A stretch of 64,000 nucleotides of DNA from an uncultured Pelolinea sp. (lineage in GTDB: Bacteria; Chloroflexota; Anaerolineae; Anaerolineales; Anaerolineaceae), in NCBI GenBank assembly GCA_965195205.1, contig CBDAFG010000092.1, positions 61,419 through 125,418 on the forward strand. Direction: 5' to 3'. The number at the start of each line of letters is the position of its first letter. The stretch's first letter is position 1. Position numbers and translations under genes: made by a program. The notes under the pieces are model-generated. The model was not told the DNA's origin and did no database searches. It saw only the letters and a program-made list of their open reading frames with translations. Below, piece after piece: positions 9,426 through 18,311 of the stretch.

Positions 9426-10571
9426 CTAAGGCGATTGAGTAGCTACCGCGCCGATTCCGGACCAAGAAAATACTCTTGGATTACTTTGAGAACCAGCTGG
9501 AACCCAGATAGTGTCTCCTTCATCTGTTGTTCCGGATTGCCGGACTGGCTGCACCCACCACCTAATGACATGGGGCGCGTTTTCTACTGGTCGGAAATTC
9601 GCTGGGATATTATATTTTGTATCGCTCGTGTAATCTACCAGCTTTTTACCTTGTCCTTCAGTCAGATCTTCAATTGTAATCGCGTAAAGTTCATTCTCTA
9701 ATAAACCACCGACTGCAGCCCACTGAAGTGTTACGGATTCATTGTTTCCTGTGAATACTGCGCCATCAGCAGGTAAGAGCAGGTTGGTTGGTGGATACGG
9801 TGGTGGTAAGGTTGGGGTTGGGGTTGGACCAGCTGTTGGCAAACGTTCGCAAAGAGGAATGGTGATAATTTGGTCTGGATATATATTGTTCGAAGGAAGG
9901 CCGTTGTAAGTTTTGAGGGTTTCTACAGAAACCGCGTAATTGGCCGCGATTCCGCTCAGTGTGTCATTTTCGCCCACCCGATATTCGATTTTTTGGCAAG
10001 CAGATTCTGTTGCCTCCCCAACGCTTAATGTGCTTGTTGGCATTGGAGATGAGGTTGGAGTTGGTTGAGGGATTAGAATTGTTTGTCCAACAGTTAAAAC
10101 ACCGCAGTTTGGTGGAAGATTATTGATGTCAACAATGCTGTTAATCGTCACCCCATAGATTACAGCGATCAAACTGCATGTATCATTGTCACGAATCTGA
10201 TATTCTATAGGAGGGAGAGGTGTATAAGTGGGTTCTGGCGTGAGAGTAACTGTAGGTGTTGGGCTTTGTTCAAATGTTGGTGAGGGGCTTGCGGTCGCTG
10301 TAGGTTCTGGAGGAGCAACCTGGCCAGTTCCACGCAATATTAGGAAAATAATTCCGCCACCCACTGCAAGAACGATAAATAATAACCCAAGTGCAAGCGG
10401 GAGGCTTAGCGTGATATCTGGCAGCCGCTGTGAACGAACCGTTTTTGATTTCTTAGTGGCAGCAGATATGGTGAAGGTTCTCCCACAGACTAAACAGCGG
10501 TTCGCGTTTTCGCTTAAACGTGTACCACATGTTGGACAAATCTTGGATGGTGTATTATTTTCGGGACTCAT
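9426..10571 (-). CDS. zinc-ribbon / transmembrane / tandem LysM domain protein
   Basis: The N-terminus has CPTCG...CLVCG, followed by one TM helix and Pro/Thr-rich linkers. Two LysM-like repeats are present (YQIRDNDTCSLIAVIYGVTINSIVDINNL and YRVGENDTLSGIAANYAVSVETLKTYNGL). Confidence 0.85.
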   Translation of the reverse strand: MSPENNTPSKICPTCGTRLSENANRCLVCGRTFTISAATKKSKTVRSQRLPDITLSLPLALGLLFIVLAVGGGIIFLILRGTGQVAPPEPTATASPSPTFEQSPTPTVTLTPEPTYTPLPPIEYQIRDNDTCSLIAVIYGVTINSIVDINNLPPNCGVLTVGQTILIPQPTPTSSPMPTSTLSVGEATESACQKIEYRVGENDTLSGIAANYAVSVETLKTYNGLPSNNIYPDQIITIPLCERLPTAGPTPTPTLPPPYPPTNLLLPADGAVFTGNNESVTLQWAAVGGLLENELYAITIEDLTEGQGKKLVDYTSDTKYNIPANFRPVENAPHVIRWWVQPVRQSGTTDEGDTIWVPAGSQSNPRVFSWSGIGAVATQSP

Positions 10572-10623
10572 ATTATGATTATTTTAATCGAATTTATACT
10601 GAAAAAGTCGAGGAATTATACCA

Positions 10624-11859
10624 TTGAAGTTAATAAACAAAGATTTTTCGAAAAACAGCAGGATTCTGGGCGATAAAAAATCTCTCAGTGTATATATTCA
10701 TATACCATTTTGCAGGAAACGATGTGGGTATTGTGATTTTAATACATATGCAGGATTGGACCATTTGCTAGAAAAGTATGTGGACTGTGTGTTACAAGAG
10801 ATTGCAATTCTCTCTCCACTGTACAATTCCGATCATGTTGTGAAAACGATCTATTTCGGCGGTGGTACACCAACCATCATGCCTGTTATATTTTTTTCAA
10901 AAATAATAAACGCAATTTCTAACCATTTTTCTGGGGAGAACGTGAGGGAAATATCTTCCGAGGGAAACCCAACAGAACTTAATGTCGATTATCTTTCCGG
11001 GTTGAATGATGCGGGTATCAACCGCCTGAGTATTGGTGTGCAGACGAGTATAAAAAAGGAACTTGAGATTTTAGGGCGATCTCAAAAACCAGAAGATGTT
11101 TCACGAACCGTAATGAATGCCAGGAATGCCGGATTTAATAATATAAGTTTAGACTTGATCTATGGCATCCCTACACAAACATTGAGAACATTTGAGTTAT
11201 CTGTTGAATTGGCTCTTTCGCTTAAACCTCAGCATCTCTCAATTTATGGGTTGTCTTTGGAACCGTCAACTCCGCTGGCTCAAAAGATAAAAAATGGTTA
11301 TGTCCCTGAGATAGATGAGGATTTGGCGGGGGATATGTATGAATGGGTGATGGATAGAATGCATTTGATGTGCTATAAGCAATACGAAATCTCAAGCTGG
11401 GCACTTGAAGACCCAGATATTGATTTCCGCAGTTTTCACAATCTTCAATATTGGAAAAACCAAGATTATCTGGGAATTGGGGCTGGTGCGCATAGCTTTG
11501 TGAAAAATCGCAGGTGGAGTAATACAAAATTAATCCAGGATTATGTCGAATCTATAGCCAACGAAAAACCATACTTAGATTTTGGCCATGCGGCGATTGC
11601 TGAACACAAACTCTTAAGTAAGATGGATATTATTAAAGAGACTATGATGATGGGATTGCGGTTAACGGAAGAGGGGATAAATACTGAGGAATTCGAGGAG
11701 AGATTTTCACTCAAAATCGACGATATCTATTGTGCCCAAATAAGAAAACTTATGGCTTTGGAGCTAATAGAATACAAATCAGTCAATCAGTCCAAAGTTC
11801 TCCGGTTAACAAAAAGGGGGCGGATAGTAGGTAATCAAGTGTTTTTAGAGTTTATTTAG
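10624..11859 (+). CDS. hemW: radical SAM heme chaperone HemW (coproporphyrinogen III oxidase-like)
   Basis: The YIHIPFCRKRCGYCDF CxxxCxxC radical-SAM motif sits at the N-terminus and the family length fits. The TTG start is preceded by GAGGA. Confidence 0.88.
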   Translation: MKLINKDFSKNSRILGDKKSLSVYIHIPFCRKRCGYCDFNTYAGLDHLLEKYVDCVLQEIAILSPLYNSDHVVKTIYFGGGTPTIMPVIFFSKIINAISNHFSGENVREISSEGNPTELNVDYLSGLNDAGINRLSIGVQTSIKKELEILGRSQKPEDVSRTVMNARNAGFNNISLDLIYGIPTQTLRTFELSVELALSLKPQHLSIYGLSLEPSTPLAQKIKNGYVPEIDEDLAGDMYEWVMDRMHLMCYKQYEISSWALEDPDIDFRSFHNLQYWKNQDYLGIGAGAHSFVKNRRWSNTKLIQDYVESIANEKPYLDFGHAAIAEHKLLSKMDIIKETMMMGLRLTEEGINTEEFEERFSLKIDDIYCAQIRKLMALELIEYKSVNQSKVLRLTKRGRIVGNQVFLEFI

Positions 11860-11870
11860 CAGGAATTTGG

Positions 11871-12905
11871 TCAAACAACATATACGGATGTGTGGTGATC
11901 AGAAACAGACCCATCAGGGTAGGGTGTTGTCCACCGATATACCCATTTGGCGTCTTCAGGTTTCATGTTTACACATCCGTGGCTCATGGTTACTCCGAAA
12001 TTGTTATGCCAATAAGCACCATGAATAGCGACACCGGTTCTGGGTTCAAAATATGAAACCCACGGCACTCCCGGTAATTCATAAGCCTCAGCATCCGATC
12101 GCAAAGTTCCATCTCCCATATGAACGGATGGACGCTTGTTTTGTATTATGTGATCACCCTTTGGGGTATTTGTTGGGATGAAGTCAGGGTCAATGTTTTT
12201 ATTAGGAAGGCCCGTGGAAACCGGGAATTCTTTAATTAATTGATCCTTCTCATATATACGAAGTACTTGAAAATCAATGGAAATTTCAATGTGTTTATCT
12301 TTCGGCACAATATCAGGGTGAATGGGTGTGAGTTCTGACTCGTCCACAATTCGCAAATGCTCAGCTGGCACATAATATGAAAGAGTTAAAAGGGCATCAT
12401 GAATTTCATAATATAACTGCCCATCCGGTCTTTCTATAATATCGAAAACCCAATGTGTTGAACCATAATACAGTGTAAAAAAAGGTTCCCAACCATTTCT
12501 GTTCTTAATACGATACGATTGTGAATATGGGACGGATAATTCCATTAGTAAGCCGCTACTTGGGAATGACCTAATAATTGGGTTCAATTGATTGCGGACT
12601 GATTGAACAAATGCACTATGGACATACCCTCCCCATACACGATACCAGACTGGGTTGTACCCAGGGCCATCATCAGAGATGACCATATCATAAATATTTA
12701 AAATGTCATCAAAAAATCTCTGAAAGAGAATCTGGCTGTTTTCAGATGGTTCTCGATAGATACTTAGGGATTCCGATGTTACCCGACCTAGGTGGATAAT
12801 GTTTAATATTTGAGAAGCGGTTTTTTTTGGATATGGAAACGAGAAAGCCGTTAGCCCAAGGCTTAGATATTTCAAGAAGTTGCGCCTATCCATTTTTTTA
12901 TCCAT
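11871..12905 (-). CDS. L,D-transpeptidase (YkuD domain) with twin-arginine signal
   Basis: The N-terminus has a Tat-like MDRRNFLKYLSLG, and the C-terminal catalytic motif is SHGCVNM. Confidence 0.85.
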   Translation of the reverse strand: MDKKMDRRNFLKYLSLGLTAFSFPYPKKTASQILNIIHLGRVTSESLSIYREPSENSQILFQRFFDDILNIYDMVISDDGPGYNPVWYRVWGGYVHSAFVQSVRNQLNPIIRSFPSSGLLMELSVPYSQSYRIKNRNGWEPFFTLYYGSTHWVFDIIERPDGQLYYEIHDALLTLSYYVPAEHLRIVDESELTPIHPDIVPKDKHIEISIDFQVLRIYEKDQLIKEFPVSTGLPNKNIDPDFIPTNTPKGDHIIQNKRPSVHMGDGTLRSDAEAYELPGVPWVSYFEPRTGVAIHGAYWHNNFGVTMSHGCVNMKPEDAKWVYRWTTPYPDGSVSDHHTSVYVV

Positions 12906-12943
12906 TAGCGGCGATTATACAATAAATTTATTTTAATAATACA

Positions 12944-15268
12944 TTATCTTTCATTGTCAATTATCAATAAGTTTTCAGGATCTACCCTCAAATAATATGA
13001 CCGAAAGGCAGATGTTTCTTTTAGAGAATTATTAATTTTTTGTTCGATAATTGATAATTCTGTCTTTGGCGGATTGGAAGCGATATTAATATTTACATTA
13101 CCTCTCAAATCATAAGATGTGCTGATATTTCCATTTGCGTTGAACCAGGATAACCCTAAAATAATAATATCTTCAGTGCGACAAAGCTGTGCAGCGAAAG
13201 AATTAAGGCTGATGCTTGTGATCTTGTTGTTCAGGCAGTATTTAATTAACCCACCCAAATTCGTTAAGAAAGAATTCATCTCATCAGGATTTAATCGAAG
13301 TCCGAAGAAATACACTTTTTTTGCCTGTGCAGTTTTCAATAGCTCATTTAAGGTTTTATAACTCGGTGGCGCAGTGAGAATGATGAGCTCCTCTTTTTTC
13401 TGCAGTTGAGTTCGGTCTTTTGTTTCGATGCTCTGGGGTTTTATTAATCCCTCAAACCAAATCTGGATATTGTTTGATCTTTTAATAATTTTATCTAATG
13501 ACCTTAATTCATCAGGATCATGCCGATGGTCTTCAAATTCGACCTGAAAGGTCAGTGCATCTAGCTGGGTTGAATTTGGAATAAATTCCCGGTGATTAAT
13601 ATATTCTAGAAAAACTGTGTTTTTTCCCCGATACTCATCTGGCTGAATATGATAAGCGATATCGACGCGGTCGAGAGGAATTGATTGAAATTCCGAATTC
13701 CATTTTATTACTTGTTGTGTGTTTCCATCTCTATCACGGAGTGTGATTTGTATATGTTTTTTAGCGCTGCCAAATGGTTTTATCTTAATGATCTCTAAAT
13801 TTCTGCTAGCAAACACTGGGGGTGGATTTCCCTGACCAAATGGAGCAAGCTGAGCAAGTTCATTGAGTATTCGGTTCCCAATATTTGAAAAGGAAATATA
13901 ATGATCAATATTGATTTCTTTATCACAGGAGATCTTTCTTGCCTGGTTTCGGACGCTCTTATTAAGATTGAAGGAGAAATCTGCAAGCTTTTCTGTTGGA
14001 AGTGAGAGGCCAGCTGCCATTGGATGTCCACCATACCGAATAAGATATTTCTCGTTTTCTCGAATTGCTGCGGTGATATCGATTCCATCAATAGAGCGGG
14101 CAGATCCGGAAGCTTTCTTGCCATCAATATTTAATAATATAACAGGTCGTTTATATAATTCAGCCAGATTACCGGCAGCGAGTCCTAAAACACCTCTTTC
14201 CCATCCTTTTCTTTGCAAGATGACCGCGAATTTATTTGAAGTTATTAATGATGGATCCTGTTTAATCATGTCCTGAGCAGATTGAAGGACTGCATTTACC
14301 GAAAGTTTACGCATATGATTGAGCTGTTCGAGACTTTTTGCAAAATCCGCACAATATTCCTTGTCAGTTGAAAGCAAGTATTTCACATTTTCATTCGCAT
14401 CGCTCAATCGACCAGCTGCATTCAATCGAGGAGCCATGTTGAAACCAATTGTGTTTTCTGTGATCAGTGAATTATCATTTTTAGAGACAGATAACAAAGA
14501 TTTTAATGCGGGTCGAAGGTTTTGGTTCATTTGCTTAAGACCCATCTGAGCGTAAAATCGGTTCTCCGATTTTAAAACTGCGAGGTCGGCAATGGTTCCT
14601 AAAGCTACCAAATCATAGAGGCCCTCAACGTTAAATCCAAATTTCCCTGTGATATTTAATGCTCGAATCACCTGAAATGCAGCACCAACGCCTGCCAAGT
14701 AGGATAATGGATGATTGGCAGGCAGTTGGTGTGGATTGATAATTGCGTATGCGCGGGGAAGAGATTCTGGAAGGGTGTGATGGTCAGTTATGATAACGTC
14801 AACCCTAATTGATTGGGCGTATTCGATCGATGCATGATCGGATATTCCTGTATCACAAGTGAGAATTAGTGTTGGGCCAAGCTTCAGGAATGATTTGAAG
14901 GCATCAATTTGAATGCCATGTGATTCTGTTGCTCTAATAGGGATGTGGAAGATGACTTTCGCACCCATTTGGGTCAATCCTTCTAATAGAATTGATGTCG
15001 AGGTTTGTCCATCGACATCAAAATCACCCCAAATACCTATTGTTTCGCCATTATTGATTGCATCAATAATTCTCTTAACTGTCAACTTCATTTCCGGGAA
15101 AGAAAATGGTGAAGTTTGCTGATATGCGCCAGGATCAAGATGTGCTTTGCAAGCTGCAGTCGTTCGAAGGCCTTTTTTTGCCAATTCATGGCTTAGGATA
15201 AGGCTTGTATCAAAAGCAGAAGAGATTTTTTTGCTGATAATTAGTGGCTCAGGATTGATCCAAATCAT
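12944..15268 (-). CDS. recJ: single-stranded-DNA-specific exonuclease RecJ (long form)
   Basis: DHH-family motifs are present: GDFDVDGQTS, TCDTG, ITDHH and the GGHPMAAG DHHA1 motif. A roughly 200-aa C-terminal extension follows the core. Confidence 0.92.
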   Translation of the reverse strand: MIWINPEPLIISKKISSAFDTSLILSHELAKKGLRTTAACKAHLDPGAYQQTSPFSFPEMKLTVKRIIDAINNGETIGIWGDFDVDGQTSTSILLEGLTQMGAKVIFHIPIRATESHGIQIDAFKSFLKLGPTLILTCDTGISDHASIEYAQSIRVDVIITDHHTLPESLPRAYAIINPHQLPANHPLSYLAGVGAAFQVIRALNITGKFGFNVEGLYDLVALGTIADLAVLKSENRFYAQMGLKQMNQNLRPALKSLLSVSKNDNSLITENTIGFNMAPRLNAAGRLSDANENVKYLLSTDKEYCADFAKSLEQLNHMRKLSVNAVLQSAQDMIKQDPSLITSNKFAVILQRKGWERGVLGLAAGNLAELYKRPVILLNIDGKKASGSARSIDGIDITAAIRENEKYLIRYGGHPMAAGLSLPTEKLADFSFNLNKSVRNQARKISCDKEINIDHYISFSNIGNRILNELAQLAPFGQGNPPPVFASRNLEIIKIKPFGSAKKHIQITLRDRDGNTQQVIKWNSEFQSIPLDRVDIAYHIQPDEYRGKNTVFLEYINHREFIPNSTQLDALTFQVEFEDHRHDPDELRSLDKIIKRSNNIQIWFEGLIKPQSIETKDRTQLQKKEELIILTAPPSYKTLNELLKTAQAKKVYFFGLRLNPDEMNSFLTNLGGLIKYCLNNKITSISLNSFAAQLCRTEDIIILGLSWFNANGNISTSYDLRGNVNINIASNPPKTELSIIEQKINNSLKETSAFRSYYLRVDPENLLIIDNER

Positions 15269-15271
15269 TTT

Positions 15272-16102
15272 TTAACCATCAAAATGTATCTCAGGTAATT
15301 CGTTGAAATCTTGAAATAAATTACGTTCATCTACACTGTAACTTTCAGACTCAATGAAGGTGCTTGCAGAAATACCGCGATTGCATAGCGATCTGTATGG
15401 ACAAAAGCCGCATTTTTTCTCATCTTTAGTCAATATGAATTCCCCAGCCTTTTTTCTCTGCATTTCGCCTATTGTATTTTTCAGGAATTTGCGGTTTATC
15501 TCATGTGCTTCTTGTCCGTATTGAAAAACAAAGTTTTTTGTTGGGGAAGAAGGGTACCAATAGCGCATTGATATCTTTTCTGGGGAATAGTTAGTACCCG
15601 GAAGGAATTCGGTGGATATTTCATTCAATATAAAGGGATATAGAATAGATTGAACCTTTAATGCAAGGGTATTTTTCTTGGGAATGTATTTTGATGTTTT
15701 CCAATCAACAATATTTAATTCTTCATTCTCATTCAGATAAATCAGGTCATAGATTGCTGTGAATTTATCCTTTCCAATTTGAGCGGTTAGAGGAAATTCT
15801 GAAAAATGGTTTATTATTTTCAAGGTCTTATGAAAGGAAAGGAAATTATCAAACCAATTAATCATTATGTCATCGCAAACCGTTTTTTTTAATGTTTTTT
15901 CGGGAACACCAGAAAAAAACTGATGTACTAGATAATGGAATTCGTTTCCTCTTTTTATATTGGATTCGATCTCAATAATTGGTTCACTTGTTATTGCAGG
16001 CCAGGACTGATTGAGAACGTATCGTAATTCATACCGTCTTTCACAATCGATGAAATCCTGGATCTTCTTCGCGCTGAATGAAAACCTATTGCTGTCTATC
16101 AT
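15272..16102 (-). CDS. standalone PD-(D/E)XK nuclease with AddB/Cas4-type 4Fe-4S cysteine signature
   Basis: An N-terminal Cys (FIDCERRY) plus C-terminal CGFCPYRSLC gives the C...CxxCxxxxxC pattern. Nuclease motifs are GNEFH, IYDLIY (D), IVDWKTSK (DxK) and QSILY (QxxxY). The start overlaps the helicase stop by 17 nt. Confidence 0.85.
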   Translation of the reverse strand: MIDSNRFSFSAKKIQDFIDCERRYELRYVLNQSWPAITSEPIIEIESNIKRGNEFHYLVHQFFSGVPEKTLKKTVCDDIMINWFDNFLSFHKTLKIINHFSEFPLTAQIGKDKFTAIYDLIYLNENEELNIVDWKTSKYIPKKNTLALKVQSILYPFILNEISTEFLPGTNYSPEKISMRYWYPSSPTKNFVFQYGQEAHEINRKFLKNTIGEMQRKKAGEFILTKDEKKCGFCPYRSLCNRGISASTFIESESYSVDERNLFQDFNELPEIHFDG

Positions 16103-18311
16103 AATTATTTTCCCAATATTCTCTTAATTTTTGCAATGGCAGCGCTTCCACGCAGTCATTTTTTCTGCCGGTGTTCCATGTAAAGATTAATTCCTCTCGC
16201 GCGCGGGTTATGCCAACATAAAGAAGGCGTAATCTTTCAGCACAGTAATCAATGCGGGCTTTTTGAGTCGCATTATTGGTCGATTGTTGGACATCTGTCA
16301 TTTCCCCGTTTGCTAATGAACTTAATCTCTCCAATGTCTCAGCTTCTAGGTTTCTCTGATCTATTACAAACCATTTTTCGGAATAATACGAATCAATTTC
16401 TGACGCCGAAGGGAAATTATAGTTGTTGACCGACATGAGATAAACTCGATCCCATTCTAATCCTTTCGCTTTGTGCATGGTTGAGACCACGATCTTTCCT
16501 TTATGAAGGTCCGGGTCAAATCCCATGTCCTCTTCAGAGAATCCATACATTCGATACTGATTTTTAGTGATTGCATCCAATTCTTCACAAAAATCGGGCA
16601 GCTGCCATTCGGGGTAATAATCCAATGACTTCTTGAGGACCATTGCGATTTTATGCGATAATGCCAGATCTGAAGGGTTATGAAATACCTCTGACCCAAT
16701 CGTTATAATCATTTCATCAATGGGCAATAAGATAGAGCGTTGCCAGCCGATGAATCTTATAAAAATTGTGTTAATGATCATTATTTCAAGTTCATTAAAG
16801 TCCGATATATTCAATAGATGATTCACTCCATCGGGTTGGGTAAATATTTTTTCCGGGTTTGTTACTTTGTTGATTTGCTGCCTAATATGGCTTAATCCAT
16901 CTTTATATTCATCATTGTCATACAAAATTGCAGCAATAGAATTGAAAGCGTTTAGTAGGTTCCTTCGCACATTTGGAGATGCAAAAAATTTGAGAACATC
17001 TCTCAAAACACTGGCTACATCCCTGGTTGCTTTACTCGTACTTAGCAATTCCACACATGGGGTATTTAGGCGGGTTAGTTGTTCGACAATCTTAGAACCG
17101 CGATAATTACGCGGGACTAGAATGGCCGCGGTTTTTCCGGGGTTTGTCCGGATCCATTTCTTTGCAGATCGTGCCACTGTTTCAATTTCTTCTTGTGGTT
17201 GTAACGCTCTATTGAAGAAAAAAATACCATCAGGATTATCGTCTGGATTTGGCTGCGGATCACCTTCAGGAGTCGGAATTATTAGTGGTATATCAAGCGC
17301 GTGCCTTAATTGTTTAACGGGGTGTTCGTTTTTTGTCCACAATATGAGAAAGTTTGCCAGATCAATGATGCTTTTCGTAGAACGGCCAGAATGAGGGAGG
17401 TTGACAGCGTGAACATCTGTTTCTCTTACGAAACCCCTCAATAAATCTGGATCAGCAGTAGTGAAAGTTTCAAAGATCGCCTGGTTAGGATCCCCAACGC
17501 GCACCCAATTATTTTGCCTGCTTGATAATAAGGCAAGCATTTTTTCCTGAATACGGCTGCTGTCCTGGGCTTCGTCTTCTAAAATAATTGGCCAGCGCGA
17601 TTGTAGACGGCTAAGGAAATCTGGATTATTAATGAGGATGTCATATGCCAACCGAATAAGATCATTAAAATCAACAGCTCCCCGATCCTGGAGTGATCGT
17701 TGATATTCTGAATAGATGTGGTTCCCCATATTCAGCAGATCATAGCTGACTTTTGAATTATTAATTAATTCTCGCAAATGGGTTGGTGTTAATTGGGAGT
17801 CTTTTGCTAATCTAATATAGCTGCTGGCAATGGTTTGGATAAGTTTTCCCCAATATTTCTTATTGTCAGAAGGAAGAATGTCGTCAGGAGAATAATTGGT
17901 TAGAATTTCATTGTTCAACCGCATCCAGTTAGTGGCGGTGAGGGCAAGAATATCACTGCTAGCTCGTTCATCAGCAATGGAGAATTGGTTGTCTAACCCT
18001 GCCAGATGTGGTTGTTCGCGAACAATATCATAAGCCAGTCCATGCAACGTGCGTACTCGGTATCCTATACCAGGAATTAATCCGTATGCTTTTAAGAATT
18101 CAGAAATTTTTGCTGTAAAGTTGTTGGCTGCTGAATTCACTAAAGTAACGACCAATATCTCCTGATCATCTTTAAGTAAATCACCAGCAATTAACTTCGC
18201 GGCTAAGAACGAGAGTGTGTGCGTTTTTCCACTTCCGGGAACAGCCGTGATGCCCATTCTCCCGCGTTCATAGTTAGATACTTCCAGTTGCCCTGGACGG
18301 GGACTAAACAC
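16086..18311 (-). CDS. UvrD/Rep/AddA-type SF1 DNA helicase without a nuclease domain
   Basis: Motifs seen: Walker A AVPGSGKTHT, motif II ILEDEAQDSS and motif V/VI STMHKAKGLEWDRVYL. The ORF track extends to 18410. I prefer the GTG at 18311 because AGGAGAG lies 6 nt upstream and it overlaps the upstream TAG (GTGTTTAG), a typical coupling arrangement. Confidence 0.88.
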   Translation of the reverse strand: MFSPRPGQLEVSNYERGRMGITAVPGSGKTHTLSFLAAKLIAGDLLKDDQEILVVTLVNSAANNFTAKISEFLKAYGLIPGIGYRVRTLHGLAYDIVREQPHLAGLDNQFSIADERASSDILALTATNWMRLNNEILTNYSPDDILPSDNKKYWGKLIQTIASSYIRLAKDSQLTPTHLRELINNSKVSYDLLNMGNHIYSEYQRSLQDRGAVDFNDLIRLAYDILINNPDFLSRLQSRWPIILEDEAQDSSRIQEKMLALLSSRQNNWVRVGDPNQAIFETFTTADPDLLRGFVRETDVHAVNLPHSGRSTKSIIDLANFLILWTKNEHPVKQLRHALDIPLIIPTPEGDPQPNPDDNPDGIFFFNRALQPQEEIETVARSAKKWIRTNPGKTAAILVPRNYRGSKIVEQLTRLNTPCVELLSTSKATRDVASVLRDVLKFFASPNVRRNLLNAFNSIAAILYDNDEYKDGLSHIRQQINKVTNPEKIFTQPDGVNHLLNISDFNELEIMIINTIFIRFIGWQRSILLPIDEMIITIGSEVFHNPSDLALSHKIAMVLKKSLDYYPEWQLPDFCEELDAITKNQYRMYGFSEEDMGFDPDLHKGKIVVSTMHKAKGLEWDRVYLMSVNNYNFPSASEIDSYYSEKWFVIDQRNLEAETLERLSSLANGEMTDVQQSTNNATQKARIDYCAERLRLLYVGITRAREELIFTWNTGRKNDCVEALPLQKLREYWENNYDRQQ

